From: an uncultured archaeon | Lineage (GTDB): Archaea > Iainarchaeota > Iainarchaeia > Iainarchaeales > VGJJ01 | Assembly: GCA_964524375.1 (NCBI GenBank) | Contig: CAZGES010000003.1 | Location: 1-52,977 of the forward strand | Length of the DNA stretch: 52,977 nucleotides | Direction: 5' to 3' | Shown here: in pieces, positions 34,556 to 42,490 of the stretch | How the letters are laid out: each line of letters starts with the position of its first letter | Numbering within the stretch: position 1 is the stretch's first letter | Program-made: the position numbers and the translations under genes | The notes under the pieces: model-generated | What the model was told of the DNA's origin: nothing | What the model saw: the letters and a program-made list of their open reading frames with translations, nothing else | The model's database searches: none

Positions 34556-35762
34556 CAATTTTTTGTACTGTTTGTTTCGCACTTACCACTGCGCCTTCCA
34601 TCGATGGAAAGGTGGTGTAATCTCCTGCCAAAAATAAATTTTTGAGTGGAAGTTTTTGTAATTCGGGTTGGATGCGATGCAATTCCGGATTCAATATTGG
34701 TAGCGCATTTTTCCATTTGAACACTTTTATTGAAATTATTTCATTTTCAGATATTGGGAGAGCGCGTGATGCTTCATCAATAATTCTGCGAATAAGTTTT
34801 TCATCAGATAAACTGCACAATTTTGGGTCAATTGTTAATAATCCATATTGAAACTTGCTCTGAGTCGAACGATTTAGTATCGAGATTATAGGTGATGATA
34901 AATCAGAAAAAGCAACATTTTCATTGTAATTCAAAATAGGTTTTTTAGTTTCAATATAGACAAATGAACATGTCGAATAGGATACTTTGTCAAGTAATTT
35001 GTATTTTTTATCTGGAACTATTTTCCGCAATTGGTTTGCATTAATTGTACTGACAATATTATCAAACTGGCTGATTTTTTTTCCACTGGTGGTTAAAATT
35101 GCAGCAACTTTATCTCCGTCAACTTCTATTTTTTTAACGCCCTCATTATTGGTTATTTTTGTTTGGTCGAGATGATTAGAAATTGTTTTTATCATTTCTG
35201 TTAGTCCTCCGTGCACCGAATAAGGTGTGGAATACATTGCTTGAAGAACGTTAATGCCGTTCCACGCGGATATTTTATCATAAGGCGTTGTGGTTGCTTG
35301 GATAATCGCTCCAAAAAACCACAAGGTATCTTCGCCAAAATTATCAATATACCATTCTGGAAAATATTGTTCGCAAAGTTCCTCTTGTTTAGTGTTGATT
35401 GTAGTTGTTTTTAGGATTCCTCGAATAATTTGCATAGTTTTTAGAGGGTTAATTTTCAAAAATAAATTAATTGGCACTCCGCTCTTTTTTCCATCATAAA
35501 TAAACGATGCCTTTACTCCAGAATGAGGATAAACTAGTTTTGGGTTGATTTCGCGAACTAATTTTAGTGCCTCAACATCGGTCGCCGCTAAATATTGCGC
35601 CCCAACTTCTACAACTGTGTTTTCTCTTTTAATAGTTTGAATTCTTCCGCCAATATTATCTGATTTTTCAATAATTTTCGTTCCTTTAAATCCATTTTTT
35701 TCAAGATATGTTGCAGTTGAAACGCCAGATATTCCAGCGCCTATTATTAGATTATTTTTCAT
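34527..35762 (-). CDS. FAD-dependent oxidoreductase (amine oxidase / protoporphyrinogen-oxidase-like fold)
   Basis: MKNNLIIGAGISGVSTATYLEKNGFKGTKIIEKSDNIGGR is a dinucleotide-binding motif. The C-terminal LFLAGDYTTFPSMEGAVVSA also fits. Start set to the ATG at 35762. Confidence 0.8.
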   Translation of the reverse strand: MKNNLIIGAGISGVSTATYLEKNGFKGTKIIEKSDNIGGRIQTIKRENTVVEVGAQYLAATDVEALKLVREINPKLVYPHSGVKASFIYDGKKSGVPINLFLKINPLKTMQIIRGILKTTTINTKQEELCEQYFPEWYIDNFGEDTLWFFGAIIQATTTPYDKISAWNGINVLQAMYSTPYSVHGGLTEMIKTISNHLDQTKITNNEGVKKIEVDGDKVAAILTTSGKKISQFDNIVSTINANQLRKIVPDKKYKLLDKVSYSTCSFVYIETKKPILNYNENVAFSDLSSPIISILNRSTQSKFQYGLLTIDPKLCSLSDEKLIRRIIDEASRALPISENEIISIKVFKWKNALPILNPELHRIQPELQKLPLKNLFLAGDYTTFPSMEGAVVSAKQTVQKIVNSVPAWTK

Positions 35763-36915
35763 GGAACTCACTCGGTGTTGGTGAAAGTATTATTCGATTT
35801 GGGATATGCCATGATCTTACTTCGTTAAACGGAAATTTTTTATCAAACAACTTTACCAAAAAAAGTCCTTTGTCAAATGCTGGTTCAATAAATCCATATT
35901 TGCTAAAAAGTCTACTCTTAAATTCATCTTTTTTATCGAGCAAATCTACAACCATTCCACTCAATTCTAACCCAATTCCCGGGTGCTCATACCGCCTTGA
36001 TAATATGTTTTCCAAAAGAAGTGATGATGCAGATGTATTTTCGTATTCTTTCATAACCGTAAATTCATCGAGCGTAATAGTGTAAAATTTTTCCCAATCA
36101 TTTTGGGTAGGTTTTCCATACATCATGCCAGTCCACGGTGAAATGAAGTAGCTTGCAAAACCAATAATTGTCCCTTTTTTCTCTACCAAAAGAATTCTCA
36201 AACCAATTTTCTTTATCAGTTTTCTAATGTCATCTGCCGTATACACTGAAACATATTCATTATTTTTTTCTTGTTGAGAAATAAATTTGCTTATTTTATC
36301 AATATCTTTTTCGCCGGCATCGCGGACAGTAAATTCTCCATTTGTTTTTGATGGTTTTTTTGGAATTAGAAAATGATTTCTAAGTCGAAATAAATGATAA
36401 AGTAATTTAACTGCGGTTTTATTTTTTCCTCGCCATTTCTTAGGGCTTTGCGAGTTGTATTCTATCCCGGCAATCGACCAATTAATGTCTTTAAGTGGGA
36501 CGAATCCTTTTTCTAGATAGAAATTTTTGTGTAATTCAAATTTGTTTTCATAGTCCCATATGATTGCAGCTGCATATTTTTCTTTTGATAGTTCCTGAAA
36601 AGTCGAATCAAATAGTTTTCCAAAGACGACTTCGAAATCCGCGTTTTTTTCTGGAGCAATGCAATTGTCGACCAATACTGCCAATTTGTGTTCATTACCT
36701 TTAAACGACACATTGTGTGGAATTGCGCCCAATGTTCCAATAATTTTTTTATTTTCAGTAATAATTTTTATATGTTTTTTGAATTGGTCATATCTCCACA
36801 CCCATGTCGGTTCTTTCACATATTCAATTTCATCTCGTTCATGAAAAATAGAACTATAAAATAAATCTAATAACTTGTTGTCAATTTTTTTTGAGTATTT
36901 TGTAAATGTGTACAT
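35752..36915 (-). CDS. tandem GNAT-like acyltransferase (tentative)
   Basis: 387 aa with two segments that fit a GNAT core (KKIIGTLGAIPHNVSF... and ILLVEKKGTIIGFASYFISPW). There is 1 nt between the upstream stop and the ATG, and an 11-nt overlap with the downstream gene. Confidence 0.45.
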   Translation of the reverse strand: MYTFTKYSKKIDNKLLDLFYSSIFHERDEIEYVKEPTWVWRYDQFKKHIKIITENKKIIGTLGAIPHNVSFKGNEHKLAVLVDNCIAPEKNADFEVVFGKLFDSTFQELSKEKYAAAIIWDYENKFELHKNFYLEKGFVPLKDINWSIAGIEYNSQSPKKWRGKNKTAVKLLYHLFRLRNHFLIPKKPSKTNGEFTVRDAGEKDIDKISKFISQQEKNNEYVSVYTADDIRKLIKKIGLRILLVEKKGTIIGFASYFISPWTGMMYGKPTQNDWEKFYTITLDEFTVMKEYENTSASSLLLENILSRRYEHPGIGLELSGMVVDLLDKKDEFKSRLFSKYGFIEPAFDKGLFLVKLFDKKFPFNEVRSWHIPNRIILSPTPSEFHEK

Positions 36916-36916
36916 A

Positions 36917-38185
36917 TTAGCCCACCGCTATCACATTAAACGAGTGAGTGCGCACATTAATTCTTTCATTTGGTTTTGAATAATGCTCTCCGCCAAAATA
37001 TGTAATCAAATAAGGCATAGATTGTCTTAAGCTATCAATAATCTCTTTTTGTTTGTAAATTTTTGCGCCTACTGCCTCACAACTAGTTTCACATGCTGAA
37101 ACATATAGCATTCCAGATTTTTGTGAAAGAATTTTTTTTAATTTTTCACTCATGTCAAGGATGCGGTGGCCAGACGCATTGAGTAGTTCGATTTTGTTGC
37201 TAATTAGTTTATGTCCAATCAATATGTGGTCGCCGTATACTGCCCCGATTGCAGTTGATGATTCGATGTTTTCTGATGTGGAGATTGGATAAAATAGTGT
37301 TGTTCGATACAGTAAATGTTGGTCTCTGAAAGCTAGTGCTGTTAAATTTAATTTTTCTTTAAATACTTCAAATGCTGGTCTTCCATCAATTTTGTCAATT
37401 ACCGTTCCATTTTCAGATGTTGCAGTTACATTAAAGGTGGTGTTAGTTTTTTCCATATGCAATGAACCATCTGTTTCGACGTCATCATTTGTCTGTATTG
37501 CTAGTCCTACAAATGAATTAGTTAGAACTTGTTTTCCAAAAAACTGAAAATTACCGAATAGTTTTCCATCGTCAATGCAGGATCCGCCGATAATCGCATA
37601 GCTTTGGCATTTTTCGCGAATTCCTGTCAATATAATGTCATCTTTTGCAACGCCGTATCCAAGCATTGATGTAATTGGCATGCCTGCCTTTGTTAGGATG
37701 TATCCGATTTTTTTGTATTTGACAAAATTCAATCTATTAATGATTGGAAAACGAGGTATCGTTGGTCCAGAAATAAATTCGACCAAGAATTTATTTTTAA
37801 AATTTTTATCATCATTTACCAATATTTTTTCTGAAACCTTTTCCGCAACCGCTTTTGGATTTCCTTTAGTATTATTTTCATATAATGCGGTTATTTTTGA
37901 GTCAGGTGAAAAAACTGCCATTACCGCAACGCCATGAGAAAAAACACCTTGATTTGTCATAAACCCAGATGTTGTTCCGCCAATTATTGGTATTTTGCCC
38001 TTTGTTAATAGAGAAACTGATTCAAGAATTTTGGCAAAACCGTCATTTTTTTCATAACCAATTGTTGAAAAAACTAGAATAAAAGAAGGATCACTAGGTA
38101 TCTCAGAAATTGCTTTCAAACATGCATCGTGCCCTGCTGATGAGCTATCTGAATGTTGACTTACTCCAACTCCTGTCTGAAACAT
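36917..38185 (-). CDS. stand-alone FIST domain protein (FIST_N + FIST_C)
   Basis: VGVSQHSDSSSAGHDACLKAI...PSFILVFSTIGY...IPIIGGTTSGFM fits FIST_N, and IDGRPAFEVFKEKL fits FIST_C. Confidence 0.7.
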   Translation of the reverse strand: MFQTGVGVSQHSDSSSAGHDACLKAISEIPSDPSFILVFSTIGYEKNDGFAKILESVSLLTKGKIPIIGGTTSGFMTNQGVFSHGVAVMAVFSPDSKITALYENNTKGNPKAVAEKVSEKILVNDDKNFKNKFLVEFISGPTIPRFPIINRLNFVKYKKIGYILTKAGMPITSMLGYGVAKDDIILTGIREKCQSYAIIGGSCIDDGKLFGNFQFFGKQVLTNSFVGLAIQTNDDVETDGSLHMEKTNTTFNVTATSENGTVIDKIDGRPAFEVFKEKLNLTALAFRDQHLLYRTTLFYPISTSENIESSTAIGAVYGDHILIGHKLISNKIELLNASGHRILDMSEKLKKILSQKSGMLYVSACETSCEAVGAKIYKQKEIIDSLRQSMPYLITYFGGEHYSKPNERINVRTHSFNVIAVG

Positions 38186-38207
38186 ACTATTACAGGCATT
38201 TTTTTCC

Positions 38208-38214
38208 TTTATAA
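38208..38214 (-). promoter_or_regulatory. putative TATA box of the FIST operon
   Basis: Minus-strand GTTATAAAGG has 22 nt between the box and the ATG at 38185. Confidence 0.4.
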
Positions 38215-38275
38215 CGATTAAGACCCCATACCTGGATATTGGAAATTGCTGTTTGATCTATTTAATCAATTTTCT

Positions 38276-39132
38276 TCATTTTGTATGTTTTTTTGTCTCT
38301 TCCATGTACTTTTCCATTTCTTGTATAATATATCTTGCTAATTCCGGATTTCTTGTCACTTTTACGGTTGTAAGGAATTTTGGCTCTTCCTTGAGCCCAA
38401 ATTCCTTATAGCAGTCTTCGAGGTTTTTCCATTATTCCAGTAGTGTTTAATGTGTTTTATTCCTGCAGGGGAGATTTCGACTTGTGCAATCCAGTCTTCT
38501 TGCACGAAAATGTCTTGCTGAATATTTACAGTTGTTCCGACTGGTAATGAGCGATAAGGGTCCCCAGCGCGGTCATATTGTTTTTGAATCCAGATTCCAA
38601 ATGGCGTTATTTTCTGTATGACTGAAAATGAACGAAGCGCATTTCGGCCGAGCTTGTATAACAATTCGAGTTGTTCAAATTTGAATTTGAATGGCCACCA
38701 CCCATATTGCAAAGCGAAGTATGCTGGTTTTCCAGCAGGGGACAATTTGCGGTTTGCAACGAGATGCGCCGTCTCCACGCAAAAGTCCGTAAAGTTATCA
38801 AACTCAAACACCTGCGGTCCATCATAGTTCAAGTCGATATTGTATTTGTTTTTGTTTCCGGAGTATTTCTGCCTCGTTTATCGAATAAAGTTTTCTTGCG
38901 AGTCTAACCATGTGGAATTGAGCTGCCATCCCTTTTCGTGTTTGGCGGCAATATTTTCATTTTCTAATTCTAGAAGCGCTTTGTGCACCGCTTGGTACGT
39001 GACATTCATTCCTTGTTCGCGTTCAAGGAGATGGTGCAGTTTCTTTGCCGTAAGCGGGAAGGTTTGCGCGAGCGTTTGAATAATGGCATCTTTAGCCGTT
39101 TTTGGTTTAGTGTGTTTGGTAAACGTGTTCAA
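38276..39132 (-). pseudogene. disrupted paralog of 31798..32667 (wHTH plus unknown domain), with an in-frame TAA and a 1-nt homopolymer frameshift
   Basis: The two track ORFs (38878..39132 and 38362..38832) are in the same frame, separated by TAA at 38878-38880. After GGAAAAACC (A5 run, plus strand 38424-38428) the paralog alignment continues in another frame to the TGA at 38276 (..KVTRNPELARYIIQEMEKYMEETKKHTK versus ..TIERNPTMAKMIQNQVETALSELREKNDRKH). Confidence 0.7.
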
Positions 39133-39192
39133 TTCAACCCACTCTATATAACTACATAAATTCGGTTGGATTTAAACGAAGCGGGTGACTTC

Positions 39193-39546
39193 TCAATTTG
39201 GCTTGTTTTGGTCAATTCCATAATATCGTCTACAGTTCTCCATCCCGCCTAGTTCTCTGTCGCACACGGTTGGGTCGTTGACTGCTTCGTAGTAGTCTTG
39301 CGTGCAAATACTATCTACCGACGTATGTAGGTGGAAACAGAGTGTGTGGTTTCGTTCTTGGATAGCTACTTTTTCAACGCATTGGAAGTCCCAATTATTA
39401 TTGAAAAACTGGACTGAAAAATTATCTAGAACCCAGTTTCCACTAGTGTAGCAGTGCTTAATGGAATCGGGGATGGGCGAAATGCACCCTGCCGTCAAAA
39501 AAAGTAAAAGCAGGGCAATGACTGCCCCACTTTTTGCATGTTTCAT
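39193..39546 (-). CDS. small Cys-rich lipoprotein-like secreted protein
   Basis: Signal peptide plus a TAGC lipobox-like site, with 8 Cys in 117 aa. It starts 1 nt after the upstream gene's stop. Confidence 0.6.
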   Translation of the reverse strand: MKHAKSGAVIALLLLFLTAGCISPIPDSIKHCYTSGNWVLDNFSVQFFNNNWDFQCVEKVAIQERNHTLCFHLHTSVDSICTQDYYEAVNDPTVCDRELGGMENCRRYYGIDQNKPN

Positions 39547-39547
39547 T

Positions 39548-40417
39548 TTAGCAACCTGCGTGTCCGTTTGGTTGTGGCCATACTTGGTGCCACCAGAGCA
39601 CGTATGGGCCCCACCATATTGCGGCTGGCCAAGTATATGAAAGTATTTCCGGGTTAGGTTCAGGTGTTTGATACCTATACTTCCATTTTATTCCACTTGT
39701 CGTGTTGACACTATATGGAATGGCTTGCGTTCTAAATACTCCCAGATTGCAACCATTGGCCGAAATCCACTTTGTATAATCAGAACTGCATGAATATTCC
39801 CATCCACATCCGGGGGCATACGTGTTATGGAATCCCATTTGGGCCAGCGCACTTTTGACGGCGGTCTGGCTGCTGTACAATGTGCTTGGATAATTCCAAC
39901 TGGGGCAATACGCCGGCGCAGTAGGTCCGCCTCCATTACAAGCAAATGAAATGATTGGTATTTTTGTTTTTGCACTAAAATTAATTACAGTCGGTTTCTT
40001 TGAATATAATGTACCTTGGGCTGCCGTAGCAGTTGTAGTAGTGATTTGTCTGGAATTAATCAATTCTTTCGTAGTCGTTGAACCGCTCTGTTGAATGGCA
40101 ATGAAAAAGGGTTCAAATACTTTCAAATCTTCTTTATCCTGCGTCGTTTGGAATGGTTTTTGATTTGAACGAATAGCGTTCATGGTTGAATTATGAAATC
40201 GCTCATATTTTTTTCCAATTTCAAGAGTACGCGCGTCCAGAATTAATTTTGCGCTAATAAAATCAAATCGCACTGTTTTATCTTGATTTAATTTCATGTA
40301 CGGCTCAACTTTTGCCATCGTTGAAATAATATCAATTGACGTATTCTCAATCTTTTGTATCGCAAAAGCGTTGGAGAACAAACTAAATAAAATTAATACA
40401 ATCAATAATCGTTTCAT
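39548..40417 (-). CDS. secreted protein with a Thr-rich linker and a Cys/Trp-rich C-terminal domain
   Basis: GGAGG lies 8 nt upstream of the ATG. It has a signal peptide (MKRLLIVLILFSLFSNAFA) and a C-terminus ...TWPAAIWWGPYVLWWHQVWPQPNGHAGC. No known motif. Confidence 0.6.
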   Translation of the reverse strand: MKRLLIVLILFSLFSNAFAIQKIENTSIDIISTMAKVEPYMKLNQDKTVRFDFISAKLILDARTLEIGKKYERFHNSTMNAIRSNQKPFQTTQDKEDLKVFEPFFIAIQQSGSTTTKELINSRQITTTTATAAQGTLYSKKPTVINFSAKTKIPIISFACNGGGPTAPAYCPSWNYPSTLYSSQTAVKSALAQMGFHNTYAPGCGWEYSCSSDYTKWISANGCNLGVFRTQAIPYSVNTTSGIKWKYRYQTPEPNPEILSYTWPAAIWWGPYVLWWHQVWPQPNGHAGC

Positions 40418-40557
40418 AGTAATTCCTCCCTTTCCGCTCTTGCAACCGAATTCATTAAATTGCTAAGGAAAATTTTTTGTTTTGCGAAAGCATGTTCGTC
40501 AATCGCTTACAAAAACAACTTATAGTAGTGATTAAATTTTACATAATTATTTTTTTT

Positions 40558-41043
40558 TCACAAAAACCCCTTAATCTCCTCAAACGTCTTCCCCGATAGC
40601 ACGCCCCCGGCCAAGTGTTCCGTGTCGCTGATTTCCCGTGTTAAGAAGGGTGCCGGCGTGAATGCGTGCAGCGTTTTTTCGTTTTCAAATTCGACTTCCG
40701 CGATGATTAATCCTGCGTGTTTTCCCCTAAACACGTCTATTTCGATGGTGTGCGTGTTAAACGGATAATAGTAGCGTGTTTTCTCAATGCGCCGAGTGCT
40801 TTTCTCATAGAGGAAGGCAAATTCTTCCGGAGTAATGTCAATGGTTTGTTCTACCATGATATATTTTTCTCCTTCGTTCTTGCGTGTTTTCTTGGTTAAC
40901 TCGTATTTTTCTCCGATCTTTCGCGCGCGCAATTTGGCATGCGGAGAAACCTCCGGGATGTAGACGTCAATCATATCTACTTGCTTGCACTCGGATAAAT
41001 CCGGCAACTGGTTGACTAGGTAGCGTTTTTCGATTTCGAGCAT
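40558..41043 (-). CDS. CYTH-domain protein (triphosphate tunnel metalloenzyme)
   Basis: N-terminal EIEKRYLV is the ExExK signature. 161 aa. Confidence 0.85.
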   Translation of the reverse strand: MLEIEKRYLVNQLPDLSECKQVDMIDVYIPEVSPHAKLRARKIGEKYELTKKTRKNEGEKYIMVEQTIDITPEEFAFLYEKSTRRIEKTRYYYPFNTHTIEIDVFRGKHAGLIIAEVEFENEKTLHAFTPAPFLTREISDTEHLAGGVLSGKTFEEIKGFL

Positions 41044-41053
41044 GGTTTATCTC

Positions 41054-42307
41054 CTAAGGTGCTATTCGCGTCATTGTGCGCGGAAAACCAACTGTGTCTC
41101 GGATATGGTCTATTTTGAACAACCACATGGTCAGGCGAGATAGTCCAAGTCCACCACCTGTGTGGGGGGTACTGCCAAATTTTCGTAGGTCAACGTACCA
41201 TCGGTAATCAGATTCCTTCAATCCAGCAATTTTCATTCTCTTGACAAGTTCATCGTATTTCCAACATCGTTCTCCGCTTCCGATAATTTCCCCAAACCCT
41301 TCAGGAGCTAACATATCACAACAAAGCACTGTTTCGAGCCGCGTGGGGTCGGGGCGATGATAAAATGGTTTCAATACTGTGGGGTAATGGTGGACAAGGA
41401 TTGGCACCTCGAAATCTTTTGTTATTTCACGCTCGTGCATCTCTTGCAAGTCGTCTCCCCATTTAAGTTCAGGGAATTTTTGCTGAGCAATCTTGAAGAC
41501 CTCGTCGTACGTATATCGTGGGAATGTGATAGAAAGAATTTTTTTTAATTGTTCAGAGTCTCGTTCAAAATACTTCAATAAATCAGGAGCTTGTTCTATG
41601 ACGTATTGAATAACATGTTTGATTAGCTTTTCTTCAAACAACATTAATTCGTCAAGACTGGAAAAAGCTGTTTCCCACTCTGCGTGAGAAAATTCAGTTA
41701 AATGTCTGCGTGTGCGAGAGGGTTCTGCGCGAAATGAAGGGGTAATGGTGAAAACCTTTCCCATGGCGTGTGCATATGCCTCTAAATAAAATTGTGAGGT
41801 TCCAGAAAGCTGAACTTTTTTACCAAAATAGTCTACTTCGAAAACTTCATTTTGGCTTTCAACAGCACCCGTAACAAAAGTTGGACAGGGGACTTCTAAG
41901 TATCCTTCCTTTTTGAAAAAATCTCTAAATCCGTCCACTACTACAGAATATGCTCGCACACTATTTTGTAATCGTTCTGAACGGATAGCCAAATGGCGGA
42001 GATCAAGTAGGGCTTCCTCGCCTGTATCGTGATGGATAGGAAACTCTTCTGCTATTTGCACTATCCTTACTTTAGTTACGTGGAACTCTTTTCCGGAAGG
42101 AGCGCGTTTATCTTCCTGGAATGCGCCTTCGATTTCAATCGAGCTTTCGATAGGGGCTTTCCGAGCAAGTTCGTAGGCCTCACTATCAGAAACTTTATCC
42201 TTTGATAAAACAACTTGGAGTTCACGGAAATCTGCAGTGCGGACTAACCAAATGAGAGTGCCTTTGAAATCCCTCTTTTGTTTAATCCAACCACTGCATT
42301 TTTCCAT
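41054..42307 (-). CDS. asnS: asparaginyl-tRNA synthetase (class IIb)
   Basis: N-terminal OB domain. LSGTSQFYLEA, motif 2 (FRAEPSRTRRHLTEF), YRWYVDLRKFGSTPHTGGGLGLSRL and motif 3 all fit the AsnRS type. Start set to the ATG at 42307. Confidence 0.82.
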   Translation of the reverse strand: MEKCSGWIKQKRDFKGTLIWLVRTADFRELQVVLSKDKVSDSEAYELARKAPIESSIEIEGAFQEDKRAPSGKEFHVTKVRIVQIAEEFPIHHDTGEEALLDLRHLAIRSERLQNSVRAYSVVVDGFRDFFKKEGYLEVPCPTFVTGAVESQNEVFEVDYFGKKVQLSGTSQFYLEAYAHAMGKVFTITPSFRAEPSRTRRHLTEFSHAEWETAFSSLDELMLFEEKLIKHVIQYVIEQAPDLLKYFERDSEQLKKILSITFPRYTYDEVFKIAQQKFPELKWGDDLQEMHEREITKDFEVPILVHHYPTVLKPFYHRPDPTRLETVLCCDMLAPEGFGEIIGSGERCWKYDELVKRMKIAGLKESDYRWYVDLRKFGSTPHTGGGLGLSRLTMWLFKIDHIRDTVGFPRTMTRIAP

Positions 42308-42328
42308 ATATTCCACTCCAGAATTGTT

Positions 42329-42412
42329 TTACTGAGGTCCAGTACATGATGTACAGGCGTGACCTGAACAATTTGACTCGATTATCATTTCATATTTTGT
42401 CGTTACATTCAT
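42329..42412 (-). CDS. micro-ORF B, 27-aa Cys/Ser/Thr-rich peptide (MNVTTKYEMIIESNCSGHACTSCTGPQ)
   Basis: Not in the ORF track. AAGGGGGTGAAAACT precedes the ATG, the same SD spacing as rrp42. It shares ATGAATGTAA and AAATATGAAA with micro-ORF A. Confidence 0.5.
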   Translation of the reverse strand: MNVTTKYEMIIESNCSGHACTSCTGPQ

Positions 42413-42427
42413 AGTTTTCACCCCCTT

Positions 42428-42490
42428 TTATTCGTTTCCGCAGCAATTTATTTTTGCGTATTTTTTTTCATATTTTTCTCTTACATTCAT
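42428..42490 (-). CDS. micro-ORF A, 20-aa peptide (MNVREKYEKKYAKINCCGNE)
   Basis: Not in the ORF track. Its ATG overlaps the TGA of the upstream 133-aa gene (ATGA). The leader MNVxxKYE is shared with micro-ORF B. Confidence 0.45.
   Translation of the reverse strand: MNVREKYEKKYAKINCCGNE

Noticed and set aside
38362-39132. Treating 38878..39132 and 38362..38832 as two independent genes.
   Set aside because: They are in the same frame separated by a single TAA, and together they are collinear with the intact paralog at 31798..32667. The second ORF's start in the track is a TTG internal to the alignment.
42329-42490. The micro-ORFs as attenuation-type leader peptides controlling asnS.
   Set aside because: Asn codons are not enriched or clustered (2-3 scattered per peptide), and I saw no alternative terminator/antiterminator hairpins between them and asnS. 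The duplicated leader plus Cys-rich tail architecture fits precursor-like peptides better.
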